Part shown: positions 37,597 to 46,390 of the stretch, piece after piece
Numbering within the stretch: position 1 is the first letter of the stretch
Layout: each line of letters starts with the position of its first letter
Origin: Octopus vulgaris
Lineage: Eukaryota
Assembly (NCBI GenBank): GCA_951406725.2
Contig: OX597814.1
Span: 4,402,001-4,466,000, forward strand
Direction of reading: 5' to 3'
DNA: 64,000 nt
Notes under the pieces: model-generated
The model's input: the letters and a program-made list of their open reading frames with translations, nothing else
What the model was told of the DNA's origin: nothing
Database searches by the model: none
Translations under genes and position numbers: made by a program

Positions 37597-37953
37597 TCTT
37601 TGTATGGCTTATTTATTTATATATATAAGACTTTGATAGGTTTCGGCCGGTAAAGGCCCAGGCCATGTCCAACTTAATTATAGCAGCACCACCCAGTTGA
37701 AGTCTTTTAGTCTTATATATAAACAATTGCAACGTGGAAGGTGTTTATAAGCCATTTAAGAAACACACAGAAACCGTTAGATTCGATTCAACATTTAAAT
37801 GAAATTTGCCAAAACATTTCCGCCGCTTCGAAACCGCGACCTCTCCATCGACAAAATTCCGGCGCGCGCATAACTGACATATATATATATATATAAAATG
37901 CCATGCTAGTTCTTCTTCTTATTATTAGTTTTCAAAGTATTTTTACCTGACAT
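14132..37953 (-). CDS. CENPK: Centromere protein K-like (CCAN CENP-H/I/K/M subunit), 10 coding exons, 252 aa
   Basis: Exons 37953-37947, 33435-33395, 31586-31542, 30213-30105, 29390-29261, 27581-27486, 21598-21529, 20955-20908, 17611-17561, 14293-14132 sum to 759 nt in one open frame: [31 protein letters not shown]...[24 protein letters not shown]...[12 protein letters not shown]...[59 protein letters not shown]. Resembles recalled CENP-K motifs (C.E.W, P..LP, L.EFL..HFP, L..R....HD.Y......F...Y.ELL...I...HP.....RL). Confidence 0.85.
14369..14939 (-). mobile_element. Non-autonomous Helitron, family H1, with internal ~75-bp tandem repeats
   Basis: Minus strand A|TCTTTATATATAAAAG ... CCCGAGCAACGCCGGG hairpin GCGGTACTGCTAG|T. 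Confidence 0.85.
15590..15790 (-). mobile_element. Possible degenerate Penelope-like endonuclease C-terminus
   Basis: Broken frames ISKHCLSL ... KLCILEE resemble the PLE LSK.IW.L ... C.LCL.EK motif. Confidence 0.35.
16267..16775 (+). mobile_element. Family C SINE with triplicated head and dimeric body
   Basis: Three GAGCT(G/A)GCAGAATCGTTAG starts, two Meta-core bodies joined at AAAGAAATAGGTATTTCGTCTG. Confidence 0.8.
16850..17195 (-). mobile_element. Family B tRNA-derived SINE, degenerate
   Basis: Reverse complement of 18884-19247 type. Confidence 0.75.
17561..17611 (-). CDS. CENPK: CENP-K exon 9 ([17 protein letters not shown])
   Basis: tcttttgcag acceptor, gtaaga donor, 51 nt, phase 0/0. 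Confidence 0.82.
17672..17892. mobile_element. piggyBac-type MITE (near-identical copy 46827-47047; degenerate copy ~8790-8957)
   Basis: TTAA|CCCTTTAG ... CTAAA(A/G)GG|TTAA. Confidence 0.8.
18020..18606 (-). mobile_element. Trimeric Family C SINE within a 13-bp TSD, nested in a TTAA-flanked MITE (~17961-18704)
   Basis: TTTTCTCTATACC at 18007-18019 and 18607-18619; one head, three bodies. Confidence 0.85.
18884..19247 (+). mobile_element. Family B tRNA-derived SINE (also 37152-37565, 43436-43845, ~48988-49128, ~51200-51300 +)
   Basis: GGCGCAGGAGTGGCTGTGTGGTAAG A box, GGTTCAGTCCC B box, CCTTGGGCAAGTG, internal (TA/TG)n, GGTGCTCCAGCATGGCC tail. Confidence 0.85.
19495..20624 (-). mobile_element. 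Degenerate Tc1/mariner-superfamily transposon, DD37D (maT) family; transposase pseudogene 20624-19578
   Basis: MKKR...HTH region, WFFSNEKHF (first D mutated to N), YVFQ*DSA-37 [18 protein letters not shown]; stops and frameshifts; TA|CGGGGTGC terminus near 19495. Confidence 0.88.
20908..20955 (-). CDS. CENPK: CENP-K exon 8 ([16 protein letters not shown])
   Basis: ttttccag acceptor, gtaagt donor, 48 nt, phase 0/0. Confidence 0.85.
21529..21598 (-). CDS. CENPK: CENP-K exon 7 ([23 protein letters not shown])
   Basis: gacag acceptor, gtaagt donor, 70 nt, phase 2/0. Confidence 0.83.
26215..26640 (-). mobile_element. Helitron family H1 copy interrupted by a short Family A tail (26260-26312)
   Basis: Same CTAG/hairpin 3' end and body as 14369-14939. 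Confidence 0.8.
26670..26929. mobile_element. Tc1/mariner-type MITE
   Basis: TA|CAGGTGGGGTGCAAAAGCAGGTATACAGT ... ACTGTATACCTACTTTTGCCCCACCCACTG|TG imperfect TIRs, AT-rich interior. Confidence 0.7.
27148..27403. repeat. Near-perfect ~115-bp inverted repeat embedded in (TA)n
   Basis: 27148-27263 is the reverse complement of 27287-27403 with ~2 mismatches. Confidence 0.92.
27486..27581 (-). CDS. CENPK: CENP-K exon 6 ([15 protein letters not shown]...INEN)
   Basis: tcttttcag acceptor, gtatgt donor, 96 nt, phase 2/2. Confidence 0.83.
28180..28573 (+). mobile_element. Second CR1-group LINE family, 3' fragment (3' tip also at ~37625-37700, -)
   Basis: [36 protein letters not shown]; ends ...ACATGGCCTGGGCC...CCGAAA.CTATCAAAGT in both copies. 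Confidence 0.65.
28574..29220. repeat. Compound (CA/TA/CATA)n then imperfect (GAT)n microsatellite
   Basis: Direct inspection. Confidence 0.95.
29261..29390 (-). CDS. CENPK: CENP-K exon 5 ([20 protein letters not shown]...NQLQ)
   Basis: tgtgtttcag acceptor, gtgagt donor, 130 nt, phase 1/2. Confidence 0.85.
29545..30104. repeat. Compound (GTA/GTG)n microsatellite with ~27-30-bp higher-order unit
   Basis: Repeating gtagtaatagtggtggtgg blocks. Confidence 0.95.
30105..30213 (-). CDS. CENPK: CENP-K exon 4 (AHKAGSQK...GDNIPE)
   Basis: atatgcag acceptor, gtacta donor, 109 nt, phase 0/1. Confidence 0.78.
30355..31086 (-). mobile_element. Helitron family H2 copy with nested CR1-group 3' fragment (~30495-30869)
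   Basis: Reverse complement of 34662-35037 split in two by a copy of the 12826-13310 LINE end with (TTA)n tail. Confidence 0.82.
31327..31465 (+). mobile_element. 5' fragment of a maT/mariner-like element
   Basis: TA|CAGGGCGC terminus then [20 protein letters not shown]. Confidence 0.45.
31542..31586 (-). CDS. CENPK: CENP-K exon 3 ([15 protein letters not shown])
   Basis: ttttgtag acceptor, gtaagg donor, 45 nt, phase 0/0. Confidence 0.82.
31665..31926 (-). mobile_element. hAT-like terminal fragment with repeated GTTAAC motifs
   Basis: Ends ...GGTGCCCAGGTTTG; many GTTAAC/GTTAA subterminal repeats. Confidence 0.45.
33395..33435 (-). CDS. CENPK: CENP-K exon 2 ([14 protein letters not shown])
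   Basis: ttgtgtttgcag acceptor, gtaagt donor, 41 nt, phase 1/0. Confidence 0.72.
34662..35037 (+). mobile_element. Non-autonomous Helitron, family H2
   Basis: A|TCTCTCTATATATAAACGGC ... ACTAGCACTATGACCCGG-caaca-CCGGGTCATAGTGCTAG|T. Confidence 0.85.
35650..36810 (+). mobile_element. Degenerate RTE-clade LINE reverse-transcriptase fragment
   Basis: [22 protein letters not shown]...[25 protein letters not shown] with stops, frameshifts and deletions. Confidence 0.88.
36944..37070 (+). mobile_element. CR1-group LINE 3' fragment, same family as 12826-13310
   Basis: GTTAGTTGTCGGAGCACTGCATCCTTCAAAACTTCCATGCTTCCTGAGATTCGCCAACACTACACCTGA. Confidence 0.8.
37947..37953 (-). CDS. CENPK: CENP-K exon 1 coding part (ATG TCA G)
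   Basis: caacATGTCAG|gtaaaa in a CpG-rich unique region; phase 1 fits the next exon. Confidence 0.6.
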
Positions 37954-38130
37954 GTTGAGGCGGACGAAGGGAGGAAGGAGGGAGGGATTCTTTCGCTTCT
38001 TTCGCCGAACGAATTTCAAAAGATTTTCATTTCACAAACAAACAACAACAAAAACAAAAACAATATTTAAATAGCGCGCACCGGTGCTGCCCTCTCACGG
38101 CCACCGGTTACATATGCGCGCGCGCACACG
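37954..38130 (-). promoter_or_regulatory. Putative CENP-K 5'UTR/promoter with CHR-like elements
   Basis: Locally CpG-rich (GCGCGC runs) upstream of the ATG; on minus strand TTTGAA at 38015-38020 and GCGCGC-TA-TTTAAA at 38066-38079. Confidence 0.45.
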
Positions 38131-38142
38131 AACACGCACACA

Positions 38143-38662
38143 CTATAATATATATATTATATATATATATATATAATATATATATACATATATATGTATA
38201 TATATATACATATATATTATATATACATATATATTATATATATATGTATATATATATATATGTATATATATATACATATATATTATATATACATATATAT
38301 TATATATATATGTATATATATATATGTATATATATATACATATATATTATATATACATATATATTATATATATATATGTATATATATATATGTATATATA
38401 TACATATATATTATATATACATATATATTATATATATATATGTATATATATATACATATATATTATATATACATATATATTATATATATATATGTATATA
38501 TATATATATAAATATATATATATATTATATATATATATATTTATGTATATATAATATATACATATATATATATGTATATATAATATATATATGTATATAT
38601 AATATATATATGTATATATAATATATACATGTATATATACATATATATATTATATGCATATA
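38143..38662. repeat. (TA)-based micro/minisatellite with ~60-bp higher-order unit
   Basis: Repeating catatatattatatatacatatatattatatatatatg blocks. Confidence 0.95.
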
Positions 38663-38670
38663 TTTGCCCC

Positions 38671-38850
38671 ATGGCAATCTTTCGTCTCTAGTAGACCTTT
38701 TCGTCGATTTCCGTAAAAAACTTCTTTTTTTTATTTTACATATGGGCTTGCGGAAACTTTTGAAGTAATGAGAGCGAAAGAGACTAAGAGAAAGCGATTG
38801 TATGACGAGGGAAGTTCTTTTGAAGTTACCGTTCAGGGGAAGCATTGATG

Positions 38851-38886
<36 letters not shown>

Positions 38887-38977
38887 ATGGGGTGTGGGAA
38901 ACAGACAGTATATGTAAAAAAAAAAAATTATTTACGGAAATCGACGGAAAGGTCTACTAGAGACGAAAGATTGCCAT
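38671..38977. mobile_element. MITE-like element with 47-bp terminal inverted repeats
   Basis: 38671-38717 ATGGCAATCTTTCGTCTCTAGTAGACC... is the reverse complement of 38931-38977 (1 mismatch). Confidence 0.72.
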
Positions 38978-39505
38978 ATATTTATATATAAGTATATATA
39001 TATATATATAAACAGCACCGATAGAATACACTCGGCCAAGGTTCCACGCAGTGGGACTGAACCCAGAACCGCATGCGAACCTCTTCGACACACAACCAGC
39101 CAGCCACACACACACACACACATGCAGTGCTATGGCTAAAAGTTGTGTAAAACCGTTGTTTATTCTTCCAGTTGGCTGCACAAGGCCCCTAGATTTGTGT
39201 GGGGGTGAAGAAATTAGTCGATTAAATAGCTCCCGCGGGGGTGGGACGGCCAGTTCCTTTTTTTTATGAACCCCCCCCCCCCAAAAAAAAAAAGAAAAAT
39301 GGTAAAAGGCAAGATTTTTAGTCGTTTAATCGGAAGAAAACAACGGTAAAAGTCTCAAAACCATCCTCGGCTGTTATTAAATGTAATTTAAGTGAGTTCA
39401 TGCATCGCTACTCTTTATTCCGTTCTGCATCAGCGAACACAGAAACACACTCGACTACGGGTATTTTCGCGCCCATTTTTACAAATTCTTCTCAAAGTCG
39501 TTACA

Positions 39506-39635
39506 ACTACTACTACTACTACTACTGCTGCTACTACTACTACTACTACTACAGTTGCTGCTACTACTACTACTTCTACAGTTGCTGCTGCTGCTACTAC
39601 TACTGCTACTACTACTACTACTGCTGCTGCTGCTA

Positions 39636-39670
<35 letters not shown>

Positions 39671-39903
39671 ACTACTACTACTACTACTACTACTACTGCT
39701 ACTGCTGCTGCTACTACTACTACTGCTACTACTGCTGCTACTACTGCTACTACTGCTGCTGCTACTACTGCTGCTACTACTGCTACTACTACTACTGCTG
39801 CTACTGCTGCTGCTACTACTACTACTGCTACTGCTGCTACTACTACTGCTGCTGCTGCTACTACTACTACTGCTGCTGCTACTACTACTACTGCTGCTGC
39901 TGC

Positions 39904-39964
<61 letters not shown>
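39506..39964. repeat. Compound (CTA/CTG)n-(AAT)n microsatellite
   Basis: Direct inspection. Confidence 0.95.
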
Positions 39965-40004
39965 GTTCCGGATGTTGTGTCTGTCTATTTATATTTACTA
40001 ATGT

Positions 40005-41005
40005 ATAAGGTGGCGAGCTGGCAGAATCATTAGCACGCCGGGCGAAATGCGTAGCCGTATTTCGTCTGCCATTACGTCCTGAGTTCAAATTCCGCCGAGG
40101 TGACTTTGCCTTTCATCCTTTCGGGGTCGATAAATTAAGTACCAGTTTCGCACTGGGGTTGATGTAGTCGACGACCTAATCCGTTTGTCTGCCCTTGTTT
40201 GTCCCCTCTATGTTTAGCCCCTTGTGGGCAGTAAAGAAATGTATATTTTCCGCCGAGGTCGACTTTGCCTTTCATCCTTTCGGGGTCGATAAATTAAGTA
40301 CCAGTTACGCACTGGGGTCGATGTAGTCGACGACCTAATCCGTTTGTCTGCCCTTGTTTGTCCCCTCTATGTTTAGCCCCTTGTGGGCAGTAAAGAAATG
40401 TATATTTTCCGCCGAGGTCGACTTTGCCTTTCATCCTTTCGAGGTTGATAAATTAAGTACCAGTTTCGCACTGGGGTTGATGTAGTCGACGACCTAATCC
40501 GTTTGTCCCCTCTATGTTTAGCCCCTTATGGGCAGTAAAGAAATATATATTTTCCGCCGAGGTCGACTTTGCCTATCATCCTTTCGAGGTCGATAAATTA
40601 AGTACCAGTTTCGCACTGGGGTTGATGTAGTCGACGACCTAATCCGTTTGTCCCCTCTATGTTTAGCCCCTTGTGGGCAGTAAAGAAATATATATTTTCC
40701 GCCGAGGTCGACTTTGCCTTTCATCCTTTCGAGGTCGATAAATTAAGTACCAGTTACGCACTGAGGTCGATGTAAACCACTTAATCCGTTTGTCTGTCCT
40801 TGTTTGTCCCCTCTATGTTTAGCCCCTTGTGGGCAGTAAAGAAATATATATTTTCCGCCGAGGTCGACTTTGCTTTTCATCCTTTCAAGGTTGATAAATT
40901 AAGTACCAGTTACGCACTGGGGTCAATATAATCGACTTAATCTGTTTGTCTGTCCTTGTTTGTCCCCTCTGTGTTTAGCCCCTTGTGGGTAGTAAAGAAT
41001 GAAGG
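40005..41005 (+). mobile_element. Hexameric Family C SINE within a 13-bp TSD
   Basis: TATTTACTAATGT at 39992-40004 and 41006-41018; one head, six ~145-160-bp bodies each starting CCGCCGAGG. Confidence 0.88.
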
Positions 41006-41527
41006 TATTTACTAATGTTATTCAGTTCAACAATTTTCTTTGATACTGAGATCATCTCGTCTTATTTTCAGGTATGGAAAAAAATTCTCACAGATCGAAT
41101 CCTCACACACACAGTCTTTACACACATGCGCGCATATACGTGTATGTCTGTGGAGTGGCGTAGCTTAATGGTTAGAGTGTTGCACTCGAGATTGTATGAT
41201 TGTGGTTTCGATTCCGAGAGCGGGCGGTGCGTTGTGTTCCTTGAGCAACACACTTCATTTCATGTTGTTCCGGTCCACTGACAAAAATGATTCTGCAACT
41301 GACCAGCGTCTCGTCCGGTGGAAGGCGAAGATATGAGCCACAGAATCCTGAAAACCGGTCTTATGAGCTGAATGCTCTGTGATCGCTGTGAAGAATACAA
41401 GATGTGACATGGACAGCGGCAACGGAGGCTACGAAGTCTTGGCCAGCAGTAAGGGACACGGTAGACATTCTGTCTGCATCCACACACCACAGTTCATCTC
41501 CGAATCATTGAATAGAGTCTTAGGCTC

Positions 41528-41846
41528 GGTACTACTAGCGAACAGTGATCCCGGTGCGCGCACTCGCGCATCCGCGCTAGCTAGTCGTAAGTAGTCGATC
41601 CTACGACGACTTTTTAACCCTAAACCTAACCCTAACATTAGTTTGTTTATAAAAATAATTTATTTCCTTGGTTTAAAAAATTATTTTACTTTGCGTTTTA
41701 TTTACTTTGTTCGAAAAATATTCTTTAATTTTCTTTGATTTGTATTCAGCCTTGAAATACAAACATACATGCAAATCATAGGATCGACTACTTACGACTA
41801 GCTAGCGTGAGTGCGTGCACCGGGACCACTGTTCGCTAGTAGTACC
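41528..41846. mobile_element. Merlin-type MITE with 8-bp TSD
   Basis: TTAGGCTC|GGTACTACTAGCGAACAGTG ... CACTGTTCGCTAGTAGTACC|TTAGGCTC; ~70-bp TIRs. Confidence 0.8.
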
Positions 41847-41959
41847 TTAGGCTCAATTCAGATAGCCGTGTAAAGCCGCTGGAGACTATGGTCAATCCCA
41901 GGCTCAGGGCGGGGTTGCTGCTGAAAGACCCCATGTAAGGTAACAGGATTTGGTTTTTT

Positions 41960-42295
41960 GTCATCTCTTGCCATATCTCCAGAATGAGTCAAATGTGGTT
42001 GCTTGAGAATTTCTATGACCAGCCCAAATTTCTGGTCCCCTAATATTCACGATTGTTATCCTGTGGATTACTGTGTTTGGTGTGTGTGGGGGGTGGGTGC
42101 TGAAAAGGACACCAACCCCTCTCCCTGCCATACCAAGGCCAAGCTGGTCAAGATCAAGGAGGTGTTTGAAAATCTTCTCAGAGGACACAGGAACGAATGT
42201 ACCAGGTTCCAGAGCTGTCTTCAGGTCATAATGCAAGTTGAGGGTGACCACCTTGAGTAAACTGCTATCTCACAACTATATTCAAGTTGTAGCAC
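41960..42295 (+). mobile_element. Degenerate 3' fragment of a maT-like transposase
   Basis: FWSPNIHDCYPVDYCVW...EKDTN...TKAKLV...FQSCLQVIMQVEGDHLE*, parallel to the 19578-19862 C-terminus. Confidence 0.65.
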
Positions 42296-42930
42296 TTGTG
42301 TCACCACGTCGCCTTACGTGGCACGTGAAACATTCGAGCAAGGTCGTCGCCAGTGCCACTGGACTGGCTCCTGTGCAGGTGGCACAAAAAAAAGCACCAT
42401 TTGGGCATGGCCGTCGCCAATGTCACCAAACTGGCCCTCGTGCTGGTGGCACGTAAAAGCACCCACTACACTCTCGAAGTGGTTGGCGTTAGGAAGGCCA
42501 TCCAGCTGTAGAAACTCTGCCAGACCAGATTGGAGTCTGGTTCGCCAGTCCTCAGTCAAATCGTCCAACCCATTCTAGCATGGAAAGCAGACATTAAATG
42601 ATGATGATGATGATGATTTTGATTTTTTTTTTAATATTTTAAATTTTTGGATGAGATATCGTGTTTCCATTTTATGCAGTCTCTATATACATTCTTGTAT
42701 TCTTTTACCTGTTTCAGTCATTTGACTGCAGCCATGCTGGAGCACCACCTTAAAAGGTTTTAGTCAAAGAAATTGGCCCCAGAACATATTCTTTGTAAGC
42801 CTAGAACTTATTCTATCAGAATCTTTTGCTAAACCGCTAAGTTACGGGGACCTAAACACACCAGCATTAGTTTTCAAACGATGGTTGGGGGAACAAACAC
42901 ACACATAAAATATATACATATATGTATATA

Positions 42931-43227
42931 TGTGGAGGCGCAATGGCCCAGTGGTTAGGGCAGCGGACTCGCAGTCGTAGGATCGCGGTTTCGATTCCCA
43001 GACTGGGCGTTGTGAGTGTTTATTGAGCGAAAACACCTAAAAGCTCCACGAGGCTCCGGCAGTGGGGGTGGTGATCCCTGCTGTACTCTTTCACCACTCT
43101 TTCTTCTTGACCTGCTTGCTTAGCCAGCAGGGTGGTGTCATTCGAAGGCTAAAACAATGCAAACGCATTGTGACCAGCGGTGTGTAACAACATCTGATGG
43201 TCTGGTCGGTCACATGATCACGTGATA
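42931..43227 (+). mobile_element. tRNA-derived SINE family E, near full length (head also at 48588-48636 before the gap)
   Basis: TGGCCCAGTGGTTAGG A box, GGTTTCGATTCCC B box, GTGATCACGTGAT tail. Confidence 0.82.
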
Positions 43228-44770
43228 TGTATATATGACAGGCTTCTTTCAGTTTCTATCTACCAAATCCACTCACAAGGATTTGGTCCAAGGTGCCATG
43301 CAGTGGGACTGAAGACGGACCCATGGCAGCTGAAAAGCAAGCATCTTACCACAGAACCACGTCCGTATGATTTAAGTAAAAATGAGCCATGAGAAATAAC
43401 TCTTATCGCCTCTGGCAAGTATTTGAACAACATAAACGCAGGAGTGGCTGTGTGGTAAGTAGCTTGCTAACCAACCACATGGTTCCGGGTTCAGTCCCAC
43501 TGCGTGGCATCTTGGGCAAGTGTCTTCTGCTATAGCCCCGGGCCGACCAATGCCTTGTGAGTGGATTTGGTAGACGGAAACTGAAAGAAGCCTGTCGTAT
43601 ATATGTATATACATATATATATGTATGTATGTGTCTGTGTTTGTCCCCCTAGCATTGCTTGACAACCGATGCTGGTCTGTTTACGTCCCCGTCACTTAGC
43701 GGCTCAGCAAAAGAGACCGATAGAATAAGTACTGGGCTTACAAAGAATAAGTCCCCGGGGTCGATTTACTCGACTAAAGGCGGTGCTCCAGCATGGCCGC
43801 AGTCAAATGACTGAAACAAGTAAAAGAGTAGAGAGTAAAGAGTAAATGCAGATATATCAAATAACATACAACATAAATTCTAGATTTATTAGAATTATCT
43901 CCACCTCTACAAGATGTACCATAATTAGCAAGTGGTAATTAAAACCGGCTCCACTTGAGAAGGGGAAATAATCTCAAGATTAAAGAATTCTCCAAAGTTG
44001 ACAGGATTATTGTTTGGAGATAAGAGGAGTGTCGTGAGCACATGTGTTCCTGGTTCTATTGCTGACATCAGCACGCGATGGCTGCGCCCCTCGTTATCGA
44101 GTATGGCCATTGCACAAAGCTTAACTGTTACTGGTGCTGTGATCGAATCTGACTTTTTAGCCCAGCCAAAGATCTACAATGTCTTGTACAAAATTGGCAA
44201 CTAATACCTTTACCGGCCAACAGCCGGCTGTAGTTGTAACTGGGCTTCATGTGCCTTTGCATGTCATCCTGCCCAATTACACTCTCTTCCACATGCCTGA
44301 CAGATATGATTAGTATGGTGTGTTACACCACCACCAGTGGCCAGGTTGTCCACTCATCTGTCTCGCTTTATGACTACGAAGATGACTCTTGAGTCCCGTC
44401 CATCAGCACATATGCATCTATGTACAGCATGCGAAATTTTTTCCCCACGAGAGTTCCGGACCCCAGCAATGAACTCATTTGCATACAGCCAATCAGAGCT
44501 CACCTTAAAGATCCACATACTGTGTGCTGCTATGTACAGCCAGTCAGGCATAGAATGGTGTATGCCACTCTGTGAGTACAGCACAGCAGGTCTCACACAA
44601 CCACCACCACCACCATCCTCATAGATCAATTGAGCACCACCTCTATCTGGAGCTAGCATTAGGTACCTATGCTCAGACTGAGATTAGTGATAATGCATGT
44701 AGCCATTGATGTATGCAAAGAGGGTGCACTACGACACAACACCATATTGATTACGATGTCCCCAGATTAA

Positions 44771-46390
44771 CATCATCATCATCATCATTTAGCGTCCGTT
44801 TTCCATGCTAGCATGGGTTGGACGGTTTAACTGGGGTCTGTGAAGCCGGAAGGCTTCATCAGGCCCAGTCAGATTTGGCAGTGTTTCTACAGCTGGATGC
44901 CCTTCCTAACGCCAACCACTCCTCGAGTGTAGTGGGTGTTTTTTACGTGCCACCTGCACAGGTGCCAGACAGAGCTGGCACAATGGCCACGAACGGACGG
45001 TTTTTTTACGTGTCACCGGCACGGGGGCCAGCCGAGGCTGGCAACGAACACGTACGGATGGTGCTTTTACGTGCCACCGACACGGGGGCCAGACAGAGCT
45101 GGCAAACGGCCACGAACGGATGGTGCTTTTACGTGTCACTGGCACGGGGGCCAGCCGAGGCTGGCAACGAACACGTACGGATGGTGCTTTTACGTGCCAC
45201 CGACACGGGGGCCAGACAGAGCTGGCAAACGGCCACGAGCGAATGGTGCTTTTACGTGTCACCGGCACGGGGGCCAGCCGAGGCTGGCAACGAACACGTA
45301 CGGATGGTGCTTTTACGTGCCACCGACACGGGGGCCAGACAGAGCTGGCAAACGGCCACGAACGGACGGTGCTTTTACGTGTCACCGGCACGGGGGCCAG
45401 CCGAGGCTGGCAACGAACACGTACGGATGGTGCTTTTACGTGCCACCGACACGGGGGCCAGACAGAGCTGGCAAACGGCCACGAACGGACGGTGCTTTTA
45501 CGTGTCACCGGCACGGGGGCCAGACAGAGCTGGCAAACGGCCACGTACGGATGGTGCTTTTACGTGCCACCGACACGGGGGCCAGACAGAGCTGGCAAAC
45601 GGCCACGAACGGACGGTGCTTTTACGTGTCACCGGCACGGGGGCCAGACAGAGCTGGCAAACGGCCACGTACGGATGGTGCTTTTACGTGCCACCGACAC
45701 GGGGGCCAGACAGAGCTGGCAAACGGCCACGAACGGACGGTGCTTTTACGTGTCACCGGCACGGGGCCAGACGAGGCTGGCAACGAACACGTACGGATGG
45801 TGCTTTTACGTGCCACCGACACGGGGCCAGACAGAGCTGGCAAACGGCCACGAACGGACGGTGCTTTTACGTGTCACCGGCACGGGGGCCAGCCGAGGCT
45901 GGCAACGAACACGTACGGATGGTGCTTTTACGTGCCACCGACACGGGGGCCAGACAGAGCTGGCAAACGGCCACGAGCGAATGGTGCTTTTACGTATCAC
46001 CGACATGGGTGCCAGACGAGGCTGGCAACGAACACGTACGGATGGTGCTTTTACGTGCCACCGACACGGGGCCAGACAGAGCTGGCAAACGGCCACGAAC
46101 GCGAATGGTGCTTTTACGTGTCACCGGCACGGGGGCCAGCCGAGGCTGGCAACGAACACGTACGGATGGTGCTTTTACGTGCCACCGACATGGGGGCCAG
46201 ACAGAGCTGGCAAACAGCCACGAACGGATGGTGCTTTTACGTATCACCGACATGGGTGCCAGACGAGGCTGGCAACGAACACGTACGGATGGTGCTTTTA
46301 CGTGCCACCGACACGGGGGCCAGACAGAGCGGCAAACGGCCACGAGCGAATGGTGCTTTACGTATCACCACACGAGACGAGGCTGGCAGC
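44771..46390 (-). repeat. Family A copy whose 5' unit is expanded into ~24 tandem 61-62-bp repeats (A/B alternation, ~123-bp dimer)
   Basis: GGTGCTTTTACGTG(C/T)CACCG recurs every ~61 bp from ~44935 to ~46352. Confidence 0.92.

Noticed and set aside
39392-40033. Thr/Ala-rich antifreeze- or mucin-like ORF and Cys/Tyr ORF
   Set aside because: (CTA/CTG)n microsatellite with no splice or domain support
41615-41637. Telomeric CCCTAA repeats as a chromosome-end or fusion mark
   Set aside because: Only 3-4 imperfect units, inside a MITE
42931-43010. tRNA gene candidates (also heads at 18884, 37152, 40008, 43436)
   Set aside because: A/B boxes continue into repeated SINE bodies; no complete cloverleaf
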